Shown: positions 1 to 14,073, counted from the first letter of the stretch. The stretch: DNA of 64,000 bases from Octopus vulgaris (GCA_951406725.2 OX597818.1:35898001-35962000); one strand, 5' to 3'. The notes: generated by a model not told the origin, from the sequence alone. Made by a program: numbers and translations.

Positions 1-516
1 CGTCTATGTAAACAATGCGAGCGAACATAGTAAAACATGTAATTGGTGTATATGCATATTTCAGGAATTCTTGCTCCTTCTTCAGTATCACATTCATTAA
101 CGATCCATGGACATATTGCTTAAATAGCCACTAAATTTAGTGGTGTAACACAGTTGGATATATTAATTCTACATATTAAACAACCGTGGCAAATGGTTTA
201 AGTATATTGTGTCTTTGTATGTAAAGAAATATTATTTCACCCCTCTCTCAGCGTAGCACTTAGAGCACGAATCTTATATGAATGCATTTCACACGCACAC
301 CAACACACACGCACAAAAACATGCACACAGATATATATGTCTAGGTGTGTGTGTGTGTATGTGTGTGTCTGCGTGCATGTGTGTGTATATGTATGCGTAC
401 ATTTTGTGGAAGTGATCTGCCCACTTGAAAACCATGCGATAAGAAACATACAAGAATGTATGGATGCCCAAGAGAGGTTTCGAAATATAATAATAAAATA
501 TATTTTCAACTTCTCG

Positions 517-830
517 TACAAGGCTTTGGTCGGCGCGACGCTGTAGTAGAAGACACTTGCCCAGGGTGCCACAGAGTGGGACTGAACCTGGAATCACGTG
601 GTTTGGAAGCAAGCTTCTTAACACACAGCCACGACAGACACCGTACTGCTTAGAGAAATGGTGTCGGCAATCGGTCAGTGTGTTTGCTTTTACAAGGCTT
701 TGGTCGGCTTTGGTCACAAGACTGGTCGGCGCGGGGCTAAAGTAGAAGACACTTGCCCAAGGTGCCACAGAATGGAACTGAACCCGGAACCACATGGTTG
801 GGAAGAAAGCTTCTTACCACACAGCCACGA
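517..830 (-). mobile_element. Two tandem head fragments of tRNA-derived SINE family A (CORE-like)
   Basis: Reverse complement of the family-A head (GGCTGTGTGGTAAG..GGTTCAG..GGCACCTTGGGCAAGTGTCTTCTAC) occurs twice; near-identical to 2710-3022. Confidence 0.8.
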
Positions 831-872
831 TTTGTTTTACTATTATTACATTCGCTTTGTCTTCTATATATA

Positions 873-1022
873 CATGGGTTGGACAAAATAATGGAAACAT
901 CTTAAAATTTCAAACAAATTTATTTGAATGTGAAATAGGAACGCCTTTGGCAGTAATGACAGTTTGAATTCCACGAGGTATGGACTCGTACAAAGTTTGA
1001 ATTGTTTCCAAAGGAATTTTTG
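873..1022 (-). mobile_element. Tc1-family DNA transposon 3' remnant
   Basis: TA followed by TIR-like CATGGGTTGGACAAAATAATGGAAAC; minus strand reads IPLETIQTLYESIPRGIQTVITAKG, like Tc1 transposase C-termini. Confidence 0.75.
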
Positions 1023-1023
1023 T

Positions 1024-1754
1024 CCAGGATGACAGGCAAAGTCGACCTCGGCGGAATTGAACTCAGAACGTAGCTGCAGACGAAATACCGCCCAGCACAT
1101 TCCCCCGGCGTGCTAACGTTTCTTATTTCTTTACTCCCCACAAGGGGCTAAACCCAGAGAGGACAAACAAGGACAGACAAACGGATTAAATCGATTATAT
1201 CGACCCCAGTGCGTAACTGGTACTTAATTAATCGACCCCGAAAGGATGAAAGGCAAAGTCGACCTCGGAGGAATTTGAACTCAGAACGTAGATGCAGACG
1301 AAATACCGTCCAGCACTTCGCTTGGCGTGTTAACGTTTCTTATTTCTTTATTACCCACAAGGGGTTAAACATAGAGGGGATAAACAAGGACAGACAAAGG
1401 GATTACGTCGATTACATCGACCCCAGTGCGTAAATGGTACTTAATTTATCGACCCCGAAAGGATGAAAGGCAAAGTCGACCTCGGTGGAAACTGAACTCA
1501 GAACGTAGCGGCAGACGAAATACCAATTTCTTTACTACCCACAAGGGACTAAACACAGAGGAGACAAACAAGGACAGACACACGGATTAAGTCGATTATA
1601 TCGATCCAGTGCGTAACTGGTACTTATTTAATCGACCCCGGAAGGATGAAAAGCAAAGTCGACCTCGGCGGAATTTGAACTCAGAACGTAGAGACAGACG
1701 AAATACCGCTAAGCATTTCACCAAGCGTGCAAACGATTCTGCCAGCTCACCGCC
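1024..1754 (-). mobile_element. Tandem array (4 units, last truncated) of Meta-domain SINE (family B)
   Basis: tRNA-like head GGCGGTGAGCTGGCAGAA ends at 1754; repeated GACTTTGCCTTTCATCCTTTCGGGGTCGAT core and tail ending TAAAGAAATA. Confidence 0.85.
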
Positions 1755-1830
1755 TTCCATATATCTATATCCATATCTCTGTGTGTATGTGTATGCGTAT
1801 ATGTGTGTGAGTGTGAGTGTGTGTGTGGGG

Positions 1831-1861
<31 letters not shown>

Positions 1862-1865
<4 letters not shown>

Positions 1866-2384
1866 CTACACTTGGAAGATTGCAACAATGGAACAACTAA
1901 ACTACTGGGAAAAACTGAAAGAGCTATCATTCTTCTCCCTTGAGCGAAGACTGGAGGGGTATAAGTGATATATGTATGTAAGACCCTGACGAGACTGGTA
2001 CCAAAATTTGGTATCGGGAGTTATACCAGCTCCCGAACTGTACGTCACTGCACTCTTCCAAAAGTTCCAGCTATCGTGTTTAGAGTGAGGACCATACACT
2101 TCAATAACCTGGAGTTTAAGGACCTACACCTATTTAAGGTCATACCAAAATATCTGGGGGATCTTCAGGGAGTGGGGATAGATGATTTCAAGAAACAACT
2201 TGATCCCCTACTATTCAAGGTCCTGCATGAACCTATATCAAAGCAGAAAACTCACAAGAGGGCAGCACTATCGAAATCGCTCTTTCACCAAAAGCAAAAA
2301 TATATAAGATTGATGATTGAAACGGTGATTACCCTGGCTGTGTTCTAGCATGGCCACAGCATTAAGGCTGAAGTGTATAAAAGA
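1862..2384 (+). mobile_element. 5'-truncated CR1/L2-group LINE 3' end (decayed ORF2 C-terminus plus tail)
   Basis: Translation LNYWEKLKELSFFSLERR...LFKVIPKYLGDLQGVGIDDFKKQLD resembles post-RT C-termini of CR1-group LINEs; frame disrupted; 3' tail hairpin at 2336-2384. Confidence 0.75.
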
Positions 2385-2442
2385 ATATATATGTGTGTGT
2401 GTGTATGTGTGTATGTGTATATATATACAAATACATTTTCAT

Positions 2443-3230
2443 TTATTCTTTTATTTGCTTTGGTCATTTGATTGCGGCCATGCTGGAGTACCCCCTTGAA
2501 GAGTCTTAGTTTAATGAATCGACCCCAGGACTTATTTTTTAAGCCTAATACTTACTTTATCGGTCTCGTTTATCCGAACCGCTAAGTTGCAGTGATGTAA
2601 ACACATTATCACTGCTTGTCAAGCAGTAATGGAGGACAAACACAATCACAAAGGCTCACACACACATAGATATATACATATACATATATACGACGGACCG
2701 AATCCACTCACAAGGCTTTGGTCAGCGCGACGCTGTAGTAGAAGACACTTGCCCAGGGTGTCACAGAGTGGGACTGAACCTGGAATCACGTGGTTTGGAA
2801 GCAAGCTTCTTAACACACAGCCACGACAGACACCGTACTGCTTAGAGAAATGGTGTCGGCAATCGGTCAGTGTGTTTGCTTTTACAAGGCTTTGGTCGGC
2901 TTTGGTCACAAGACTGGTCGGCGCGGAGCTAAAGTAGAAGACACTTGCCCAAGGTGCCACAGAATGGAACTGAACCCGGAACCACATGGTTGGGAAGAAA
3001 GCTTCTTACCACACAGCCACGATTTGTTTTTACAAGGCTTTGGTCAGCTTTGCTCACAAGGCTTTAGTCGGTGCGAGGCTATAGTAGAAGATGCTTGCCC
3101 AAGGTGTCACAGAATGGGACTGAACCCGGAACCACGTGGTTGGGAAGCAAGCTTCTTACCATACAGCTACAACAGACACCGTGCTGCTTATAGAAATCGT
3201 GTCGGCAATAGGTCAGCTTGTTTGCTTTTA
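2443..3230 (-). mobile_element. SINE family A copy plus three tandem head repeats
   Basis: Tail (GGCCATGCTGGAG), internal microsatellite, then three head units separated by a spacer or short linker. Confidence 0.8.
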
Positions 3231-4112
3231 CCTTTCTCGTGACAAACTCACTGAACGAACTGCCCTTCTCTCCATTAGGTAACATTTATCTTTTTCACAT
3301 GTTCGCTTGCAAAGATATTCTCTCACAATGGGCTGACAGCTGCACGAAGCAATATTCTCTTTTCACTTGCCAACAAACTCGTTTTTCTCGTTTGATGTAT
3401 GTATTCACACACATATCAGTATATATATGCATGTCTCTATGTATGCATACCCGTTTGTGTGCGTGTATATATATGTATATGCTAGCATATGCACCTACTC
3501 ACACAAACACATGCGCATAGATATATGATAATAGAATGACTGTCAAACGTGGCTATTTGGTGCAACTGCTGCACAAATTACCATTATACAACGACGCATT
3601 ATGTAAATATAAACAAGCGGGTCTTGCTCTTATTCATAAAGATCGTTATTATTTGTACAAGAGCAATTGTGGCCCTGCCTTATGTATATATAACAAAATG
3701 CTCACAATAAATCAAAAATGTTCGTTTGCGTACAATCTCATATACATACACATGAAAAATAAACAAGCATATAATTCACAAAACAAAGAACATATATTAA
3801 TTTTTTTTTCTAAATCGCACTCGTATAGACATAAACGCAATGCACTTTGCCAGGTTTTAAAGACTTATTTTGAGTGTCTGTGATGTTCATCTGTGTTTCC
3901 AACACACGTGAAAGGAACGGAGAGAGAAAAATTTTCGTGGGACTGGAAACTTAGCCCTAATAACATGTGGCCGATTTTCGTCTGCTCAATAAACTCATCA
4001 ATGCTAATGTGGCCGACGGTTATGTCTATCGGATCGGTGAAACGGCAATGATATGCAGCCGTATAACACACACACACACACACACAGATAGATATATGTA
4101 TACACATATTCT

Positions 4113-4478
4113 CTTTTACTCTTTTACTTTTTTCAGTCGTTTGACTGTGGCCATGCTGGAGCACCGCCTTTTAGTCGAGCAAATCGACCCCAGGACTTAT
4201 TCTTTGTAAGCCTAGTACTTATTCTATCGGTCTCTTTTGCCAACCCGCTATGTTACAGGGACGTAAACACACCAGCATCGGTTGTCAAGCAACGTGTGGG
4301 GGGGGTCAAAGACAGAGACACAAACACACATACACACACACATTTACGACGTGCTTCTCCATTTTCCGCGTACCAAATTCACTCACAGAGCATTGGTCGA
4401 TCCGAGGCTGTAGCAGAAGACACTTGCCCATATAGAGTAGGAACGAACCCAAAACCACGTGGTTGCAAGTCGAGCTTC
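4113..4478 (-). mobile_element. SINE family A copy
   Basis: Matches full-length copies at 16561 and 63018 in reverse complement. Confidence 0.8.
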
Positions 4479-4920
4479 TTAAGTATACAGTCATCATCAT
4501 CATCATCATGACCATCATCACTACCACCAACCAGCATCACCACCATAGCCGTTCTCATTATCGTTACCGTTCTGATTAAGAGGTTAAAATGTGTGATTGA
4601 AAAAAAGTGACCACGATGATGATGACGAAGGGAAGGAGAAGGAGAAGGAGAAGAGAATCAACACGAAGAAGAAGAAGAAGAAGAAGAAGAAGAAGAAGAA
4701 AGAAGAAGAAGAAGAAGAAGAAGAAGAAGACAGCACCATCATCAACGCCACCTGAGTTTGTCTTCTCAGTTAAAACCACGTGATTTTTATTAAACCAAGT
4801 GATGGGTTAAGTCGTCCCCTTAAAAACAAGAACGGTCCCTCTACTAGGCTTCTACACAGTAACCACCTATCAAATTTTCCCCAGAAGTTTTACCCTTTTG
4901 CTACCAACTCGTCCAAGGCC

Positions 4921-5063
4921 GAAGAAGAAGAAGAAGAAGAAGAAGAAGAAGAAGAAGAAGAAGAAGAAGAAGAAGAAGAAGAAGAAGAAGAAGAAGAAGA
5001 AGAAGAAGAAGAAGAAGAAGAAGAAGAAGAAGAAGAAGAAGAAGAAGAAGAAGAAGAAGAAGA
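4921..5063. repeat. Perfect (GAA)n microsatellite
   Basis: About 48 uninterrupted GAA units; flanked by (GAA)n at ~4664 and (TTC)n/(ATT)n at 5266-5765. Confidence 0.97.
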
Positions 5064-5298
5064 AAGGACCACACACACACAAAAATAATAGATGGATTAA
5101 CTGCCGAACAAAAAGTTACGAAAAATTACTTAAATCGATTACTTAAAAAGAAAGAGAGAAAGGAAAGAAAAAAGAAAGAAAGAAAGAAGGAAAGAAAGAG
5201 GATACAAGAGAAGGGACATCCATTTTAATGGTTGCCAGTTAGGCAATATATGAAATATTATTAATATTCTTCTTCTTCTTCTTCTTCTTCTTCTTCTT

Positions 5299-5600
<302 letters not shown>

Positions 5601-5622
5601 ATTATGATTTTTATTATTATTA

Positions 5623-5765
<143 letters not shown>

Positions 5766-6165
5766 AATCGAGAATGTGAATTACAGTTATGTGCAACTAA
5801 GAAAAGACCTCCATTCACCCATCCAACACAAACATAAGAGCTTTAAAGTACAAACCGATCACAAAATAGCACCTAATGGTTTTAAAGCATTCCCATCAAC
5901 CAATTGCTAACTTTAGCATTTTATATACGATTTCCATGTACTATTTAATCATTTTTACAGACCTTAACTCTAGAGAGTGTTTAAGAGGTGGGGGGAAACA
6001 TCTCGTAATAGGTGGTCTGACATCAAACGATTAAATATTCCAAGGAAAGCAGATAGGAAATAGTTTAAGAAGGCTGTGAATGTTACCTACTGCCTCTTCA
6101 ACTTAGAAGAGGTCTTGCTACACCTTCTTATTGGTATGGCTCTACGCATGTGCGAAGGCATGTAT

Positions 6166-6570
<405 letters not shown>

Positions 6571-6594
6571 GTATAAAAGAATAAAAGAATAAAA

Positions 6595-6668
<74 letters not shown>

Positions 6669-6730
6669 ATATTTCGGAATGGTCATTTTGCCAGTTTAGC
6701 CAATAAACGACTTCACATAGAAAATCTTGC

Positions 6731-6846
<116 letters not shown>

Positions 6847-7823
6847 CATACATACATATTATAATAAGGGCCAGTTACATGTTAGTGTCATATGCTAGAA
6901 TAAGACGTCAAATGACTCTAAAACTATATAGTTTGCCCTTATAATTTTTTATTCTAAAAAATTATATACCTTGTATTAATTTATACCTAAAATTCAAATT
7001 TGCGATGAACATACACAAACAAAGTTTGCTTTAGAAGCGTTGAGATGTCTTAGAAAGTTAAAGAAGTGATTTTAAATTCTCAAACACAGGATAATGCTAA
7101 TAATATAGCCTGAACAGGATAAGCTACCCCTATTTTGCAGAAAAAAAGTGTCGGAAAAAGGTTTTACATGGTAACTACCTGATAAAATCCTATATAGACT
7201 TTATCCTTGATTGTAAAAATATATATATATATGGATGGATGTGCGTACGTACGTGTGTGCGTGTGTGCGTGTGTGCGTGTGTGCGTGTGTGTATGTGCAT
7301 GGGTGCACGTGCGCCTGTGTGAGCGCGCGCACCTGTGTATGTCTTTGCATTTGTGTCTGCCCCCACTTCACCGCTTGACAGCTACTGCTGGTTTGCTTAC
7401 GTCCACAAAGAATAGCAGTTTGTTAAAAGATACCGACGGAATAAGTCCTGGCGTCGATTCATTCGACTAAATGCTTCAAAGCGGCACACCAGCATGGACT
7501 CTGTCCAATGACAGAAAGAGTTAAAATTCTGAAAAGATATCGACTATCACAGATTTTTTTTTTAATTCCTTCAAAAACTGGGATTACAATTCTGTCCAGT
7601 TAACGGCATCACTTGGTTCCTCTGTTCTTTTTATAAACATGAGTCCACAATAAGACCAGCTCCACATCTGTCGATAAATTTCCTCACTTTCTCCCATCGT
7701 TTGAGGGGCCCTTTAAAGGGTCATCAGTGCTGACCTTTCTTCTTTGATTATCACCTAAAAATAAAAAAAGGAATAAAAATGTAAACTAAGGCAGTAGCAA
7801 ACGATAATATTTTTAAAACAAAA

Positions 7824-8203
7824 AGCGGCGAGCTGGCAGAAACTTTAGCACGCCGGGCCAAATGCGTAGCCGTATTTCGTCTGCCGTTACGTTCTAAGTT
7901 CAAATTCCGCCGAGGTTGACTTTGCTTATCATACTTTCGGGGTCGATAAGTTAAGTACCAGTTACGCACTGGGGTTGATGTAAACGACTTAATCCGTTTG
8001 TCTGTCCTTGTTTGTCCTCTCTGTGTTTAGCCCCTTGAGGGTTGTAAAGAAATATATATTTCATCTGTCTTTACCTTATGAGGTCAAATTCTGCCGCGGT
8101 CAACTTTGCCTTTCATCCTTTCGGAGTTGATAAATTAAGAACCAGTCACGCACTGGGGTCGATCTAATCGACTTGCTCCCTTGTGCCTAGAGTAGAAAAG
8201 AAT
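7824..8203 (+). mobile_element. SINE family B dimer (tail A unit plus tail B unit) with TSD
   Basis: Flanked by AATATTTTTAAAACAAA (7806-7822) and AATATTTTAAAAACAAA (8201-8217), 16/17 identical. Confidence 0.8.
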
Positions 8204-8506
8204 ATTTTAAAAACAAATATACGTACAACCGAGAACGTATCGGAAAAGGGTCATCCAACTGGAGTGAGGTGTGGGTGAGTTAATCCATCAAAACCATATC
8301 TTATTTTATCGAACCCGAAAGGACGAAAGATAATGTTGACTTCGGTAGGATTTGAACGTAGAGCCACAACAAATTCAGTATTTCCGGGAGCAGACTCTGA
8401 CGATTCAGCCAGCTTGTTGCCTTTGTTAAATGTATTTCTAATTGAGGTACAAGGCCAGCAGTTTTCAGGGGAAAGGTACCACAACGCGTTTTTCCAACGT
8501 TCTACA

Positions 8507-9742
8507 TGATTCTTTTCTACTCTAGGCACAAGGTCCGAAATTTTGGGGGAGGGAGGGCAGTCGATTAGATCGACCCCAGTACGCAACTGGTACTTAATTC
8601 ATTGACCCCGAAAGGATGAAAGGCAAAGTCGACCACGGCGGAATTTGAACTCAGAACGTAAAGACAGACGAAATACCACTAAACATTTCGCCTAGTGTGC
8701 TAACGTTTCTGCCACCTCGCCGCCTTTAAAAATATTCTTTTCTACTCAAAACACAAGGCCCGAATTTTAGGGGGAGGGAGTCGGTGGATTAGATCTATCC
8801 AGTACGCAACTGGTACTTAATTTATCGATTCCGACAAAAGGTGGTGCTCCAGCATGGCCACAGTCAAATTACTGAAACAAGTAAAAGAGTAAAAGAGAGT
8901 AGATCAGTAATTATGAAAAAACAAAAGAAAAGAAACATCCTTTGCATGCAATAAATTTCGTCCTGCGTGCTAACGATTCTTTTCTACTCTAGGCACAAGG
9001 CTCGAAATTTTGGGGGAAGGGGCAAGTCGATTAGATCGACCCCAGTACGTAACTGGTACATAATTTTTCGACTCCGAAAAGATGAAAGGCAAAGTTGACC
9101 TCGGTGGAATTTGAACTCACAAGGTAAAGATAGACGAAACACCTATTTCTTTACTACCCACAAGGGGCTAAACACAGGGAGGACAAACAAGGACAGACAG
9201 ACAGATTAAGTTGATTACATTGACCCAGTGCGTAACTGGTACTTATTTAATCGACCCCGAAAAGATAAAAGGCAAAGTCGACCTCAGTGGAATTTGAACT
9301 CACAAGGTAAAGATAGACGAAATACCTATTTCTTTACTACCCACAAGGGGTTAAACATAGAGGGGATAAACAAGGACAGACAAAGGGGTTACGTCGATTA
9401 CATCGACCCCAGTGCATAACTGGTACATAATTTATCGATCCCGAAAAGATGAAAAGCAAAGTCGGCCTCGGTGGAATTTGAACTCACAACGTAAAGACCG
9501 ACGAAATACCCACTTCTTTACTACCCACAAGGGGCTAAACACAGAGAGGACAAACAAGGACAGACAAAGGGATTAAGTCGATTATATCGACCTCAGTGCG
9601 TAACTGGTACTTATTTAATCGACCCAGAAAGGATGAAAGGCAAAGTCGACCTCGGTGGAATTTGAACTCAGAACGTAACGGCAGACGAAATACCGCTAAG
9701 CATTTCGCCCGGCGTGCCAACGTTTCTGCCAGTGCGTTGCCT
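8507..9742 (-). mobile_element. Cluster of SINE family B: monomer 8507-8725, fragment, 4-unit array 8977-9742
   Basis: Repeated Meta core; the array terminates in tail B (CCTTGTGCCTAGAGTAGAAAAGAAT). Confidence 0.85.
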
Positions 9743-9993
9743 TGTTATTACGCTTCCTTTGAACATTGATACTGGACATTTATTATTTTTTTTATTTTTT
9801 CGAGTGTATCTGGGTGGTAGCTAACTGTACTACATCAACCCCAGTACTCCACTGGTACTCTATTTTATCGACTCCAGGTAAATTTACGGAAATGTTGACC
9901 GCAGCAGCATTTGGTCTAAGGACGTTAAAGAACTAGCACGAATATCGCTAGCCCTTTTGTCCGACGTTCTAACGATTTGGCCACCCCACTCTT

Positions 9994-10021
9994 TTGATGA
10001 TGATGGTGATGATGGTGATAG

Positions 10022-10066
<45 letters not shown>

Positions 10067-10340
10067 CCAAGACGATGATGATGAAGCTGCTGAGGCTGCT
10101 GGTGCTGATGCTGATAATAATGATGATGATGATGATGATGATGGCGGTAGTGAGGGAGGTCGAGGTGGTGGCAATGGTAATGGTGGAGTGTTAGAGGTGG
10201 TGGTGGTGGTGTTGATGGAGGTAATGATGATGATGATGATGACCACGACGACGACAACAACGACCATAACAATGACGATGATGATGATGATGACGATGAA
10301 TTTGATAGTGACGGCGGCGGCGGCGGCGGTGGCGGTGACG
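9994..10340. repeat. Compound (GAT)n/(GGT)n/(GAC)n/(GGC)n microsatellite
   Basis: Direct inspection; explains the poly-D/M/H ORFs. Confidence 0.9.
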
Positions 10341-10790
10341 TTGATGATTAACGTAGTTGTAACTTCAGCTATGTTATTATCAAATATGGCGGTGGTCCAT
10401 CACCGAACAACAGTTGCTCGTTCTCAAGCGATAAGGCGAATTAAGGAAATAGCATCTGACGTCAGAGTCTGCTTTATAAATCATGACGTCAGCAAATATC
10501 AAATGCTTCAACTTCTATTTCATTTTAAAGCTGTTCTCTGTTCTTGTATTCTTTTATTCCTGTATTCTTTTACTTGTTGAAGTGATTAGACTACGGCCTT
10601 GCTGGTGCACCACCTTGAAGGAATTTCAGTCGAAAGAATCGACGCCAGTATTTCTTTTCTTTTCTTTCCTTTTGTAAATCTGGTACGTGTTCTATCGGTT
10701 TCTGGTGCCAAACCACTAATTGATGGGAACATAAACACACCAACACCTGTTCTTCAAACAGTGTTCGTCAGATACAAAGACACACATACA

Positions 10791-10822
<32 letters not shown>

Positions 10823-11068
10823 TAAGAGTTTATATGACTGTGTACAGAAGAATATATTGATGAATGAAATTCGAACTTTGATTTTCACTTTTTATGGTTT
10901 GCAATTGTACCACAATTGTCACTACACAAACCTGATGACTGCAAAACGCATGAAAGTACTAGCTTATTTCAATATTATGCAATTGTAAAAACTACAAGCA
11001 ATAATACGTGAAAATCAGACTAAGTTGGAATTTCATTGATTAATATCTCTCTCTCTTTCTCCCTCTTA

Positions 11069-11094
<26 letters not shown>

Positions 11095-11099
<5 letters not shown>

Positions 11100-11210
11100 A
11101 TCCAAACATAAAAACACAAAGAAAAACACAACGCGAGGACGTGGAACAAGTATAGTGTTGTTGGACGCTCAGGAAAGGAAAGAAAGAAGGAGGATTTTAC
11201 GTTTCGAGCG
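11095..11210 (-). mobile_element. Penelope-like terminus next to (TA)n, truncated by a SINE array
   Basis: Ends in ACGTTTCGAGC (minus GCTCGAAACGT, hammerhead 3' half), as in the 26742-26870 element. Confidence 0.45.
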
Positions 11211-11900
11211 GGGTCGATGTAATCGACTTAATCCCTTTGTGTGTCCTTGTTTGTCCCCTCTATACTTAGCCCCTTGTAGGCAATAAAGAAATAAGAAACG
11301 TTAGCACGCCGGGGGAAATGCTTAGTGGTATTTCGTTTGCAGTTACGTTCGATGATCAAATTCCGCCGAGGTCGACTTTGCCTTTCATCCTTTCGGGGTC
11401 AATTAAATAAGTGCCAGTTACGCACTGAGGTCGATATAATCGACTTAATCCGTTTGTCTGTTCTTGTTTGTCCTCTCTGGGTTTAGCCTCTTGTGGGTAG
11501 TAAAGAAATAAGTAGTTCGTCTGTCTTTACGTTCTGAGTTCAAATTCCGCCGAGGTCGACTTTGCATTTCATCCTTTCGGGGTCGATAAATTAAGTACCA
11601 GTTACGCGTACCGCGGTCGATCCAATCGACTTAATCCCTTTGTGTGTCCTTGTTTGTCCCCTCTGTGTTTAGCCCCTTGTGGTCAATAAAGAAATAAGAA
11701 ACGTTAGCACGCCGGGCGAAATGCTTAGTGGTATTTCGTCTGTAGTTACGTTCGGAGATCAAATTCCGCCCAGGTCGACTTTGCCTTTCGTCCTTTCGGG
11801 GTCTATAAATTAAGCACCAGTTGCGTACCGCGGTCGATCTAATCGACTGACCCCCTCCCTCCAAATATCAGGCCTTGTTCATAGAGTAGAAAAGAATATT
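11208..11900 (+). mobile_element. SINE family B tandem array (partial unit plus 3 units, terminal tail B)
   Basis: Alternating long and short junctions; ends AGAGTAGAAAAGAAT. Confidence 0.85.
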
Positions 11901-12397
11901 TACGTTTGACTATCATGATTGTGATGGCCATCATAACAACCATCATCGTCTACACCATCATCAGCAGCATCTTCATCATCATCATCTCATCATATTCATC
12001 ATCATCATTATCATCATAATTGATAATAAACAGCAGCAGTAGTATTATTTTAATAGTACCAAAGCATTAGAACTTTAACGTGTGGGATTTGCGCCGATCC
12101 ACTAAAAACGATTGTTTCATTATTTTTGGAACATCAGACATTTTCTCACTGGTTTCACCACATCTCAGCAGATTTTTCCCATGTCATTCTGCAATTTGAT
12201 TTTCACTAATTATTATTATTATTATTATTTCTGTGGTTTTACTTCTCAGAACGTTCGGTCTTGTTTGCTCTGGTAGATTCTGTGAGAGCGGACAACAGCC
12301 TACTGTCTCACAATGTGTATTTCCGTACATTATAAGCTTTGAGAATTGGTTTGCTAATTATCACGGGTGACGGTCAACGAGTACCAATTTCAAAATC

Positions 12398-12950
12398 TAC
12401 CCCAGTGTGTAACTGGTACTTAATTTATCGACCCCGAAAGGACGAAAGGCAAAGTCTACCTCGGCGGAATTTGAGCTCAGAACGTAACGGCAGACGAAAT
12501 ACTCATTTCTTTACTACCCACAAGGGGCTAAACACAGAGGGGACAAACAAGGACAGGCAAACGGATTAAATCGATTATATCGACCCCAGTGCGTAACTGG
12601 TACCTATTTAATCCACCCCGAAAGGATGAAAGGCAAAGTCGACCTCGGTGGAATTTGAACTCAGAACGTAACGGCAGGCGAAATACGGCTACACATTTCG
12701 CCCGGCGTGCTAACGTTTCTTATTTCTTTATTGCCCACAAAGCGCTAAACATAGAGGAGTCAAACAAGGACAGACAAACGGATTAAGTCGATTACATCGA
12801 CTCCAGTGTGTAACTGGTATTTAATTTATCGACCCCGAAAGGATGAAAGTCAAAGTCGACCTCGGCGGAATTTGAACTCAGAACGTAACGGCAGACGAAA
12901 TACTGCTAAGCATTCCCCCGATGTGCTAAAGTTTCTGTCAGCTCGCTGCC
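12398..12950 (-). mobile_element. SINE family B tandem array (3 units)
   Basis: Head near 12950 and two internal tail-A junctions. Confidence 0.85.
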
Positions 12951-12959
12951 ATTCAAACG

Positions 12960-13185
12960 TAACCAGCAAAGCGATTTTGGAGACTTGCTCTGTTCTCATG
13001 TCAATTCCGATTTCTTAAACATATTTCTGGAACTTGGTTGTTAGTGCTCCGGGTGCCCTTACAGCTACTGGAATGACAGACACTCTCCTTATAGTCCACA
13101 TTCTTGCAATTTCATCGTTTAGCAGTCTGCACTTTTCAATCTCTTCTAGATCTTAGGCATTGTGATATCTATGATCCTGGTTTAT
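12960..13185 (-). mobile_element. Decayed R4/Dong-like RLE LINE fragment
   Basis: Minus translation EEIEKCRLLNDEIARMWTIRRVSVIPVAVRAPG...VSKIALL parallels the RLE C-terminus at 44725-44950; contains a stop. Confidence 0.7.
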
Positions 13186-13236
13186 TATTCTCATTATTAT
13201 TATAGTTATTATTGTTGTTGTTAATATTTTTTTTAG

Positions 13237-13468
13237 GGCGGCGAGCTGGCAGAAACGATAGCACGCCGGGCGAAATGCTTAGCGATATTTCGTCTGTCAT
13301 TACGTTGTGAGTTCGAATTCCGCCAAGGTCGACTTTGCCTTTCATCCTTTCGGGGTCGACTAAATAAGTACCAGTTACGCACTGGTGTCGATATAATCGA
13401 CTAAATCTGTTTGTCTGTCCTTGTTTGTCCTCTCTCTGTTTAGCCCCTTGTGGGTAATAAAGAAATAA
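13237..13468 (+). mobile_element. SINE family B monomer (tail A)
   Basis: GGCGGCGAGCTGGCAGAAAC head, GTTCGAATTCC B-box, Meta core, tail A. Confidence 0.88.
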
Positions 13469-14021
13469 ATATTTTTATTATGTATAGGTTTCCAATAGGA
13501 AAGACGACCTTATATATATATATGTGTGTGTTTGTGTGTGTGTGTGTGTGCGTGTGTGTTTGTGTGTGTGTGTGTGTGTTTGCTAGTGCGTGTTTGTGTG
13601 TGTATGTGCGCACGCTTGGGTGTGTATATTTCTATAAAACGTTACTGCTGTTGGTTAACTTCTACTCATCAAGCAGACCGATTATGAAGGACATTCCGAA
13701 CATACCCGTCTGGTACTTAACATAACTAAAACTCAATGTGCTCGAAAAGCATTCATTAGTCTAGCAGAGTGTGCTCTCAGCAGACTATGGTGTTCTAATT
13801 TCTGCATTCAGCCAGAGTATTTTCTCCGCGATAAACAAAGAAATGCTTCTACCTGTCCCAACTATCTTTCAGACATATCTGGACTGGTCTTATATCCCAC
13901 TATCGTTTTTAAGATGGTATGCGTGTGATCTCAGGGAAATTAATAGTTATTTCTAGCAGGTCAAGCTAACTGTGTAGTGAAATCCGTTGTTTTAAATGGG
14001 TCTTGTTGAAGTTCTGCATTG

Positions 14022-14073
<52 letters not shown>

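Noticed and set aside
1024-1754. CRISPR-like or hammerhead retrozyme reading of the tandem arrays
   Set aside because: Units are ~185-215-bp SINE bodies with no unique spacers, and no hammerhead core was found in the unit.
3884-4051. Short ORF containing WKLSPNN, echoing WKLDPNN near 22480
   Set aside because: Similarity is limited to about 7 residues; consistent with chance.
9957-10580. 207-aa acidic/poly-M ORF
   Set aside because: Translation of compound trinucleotide microsatellites; starts inside an old SINE.
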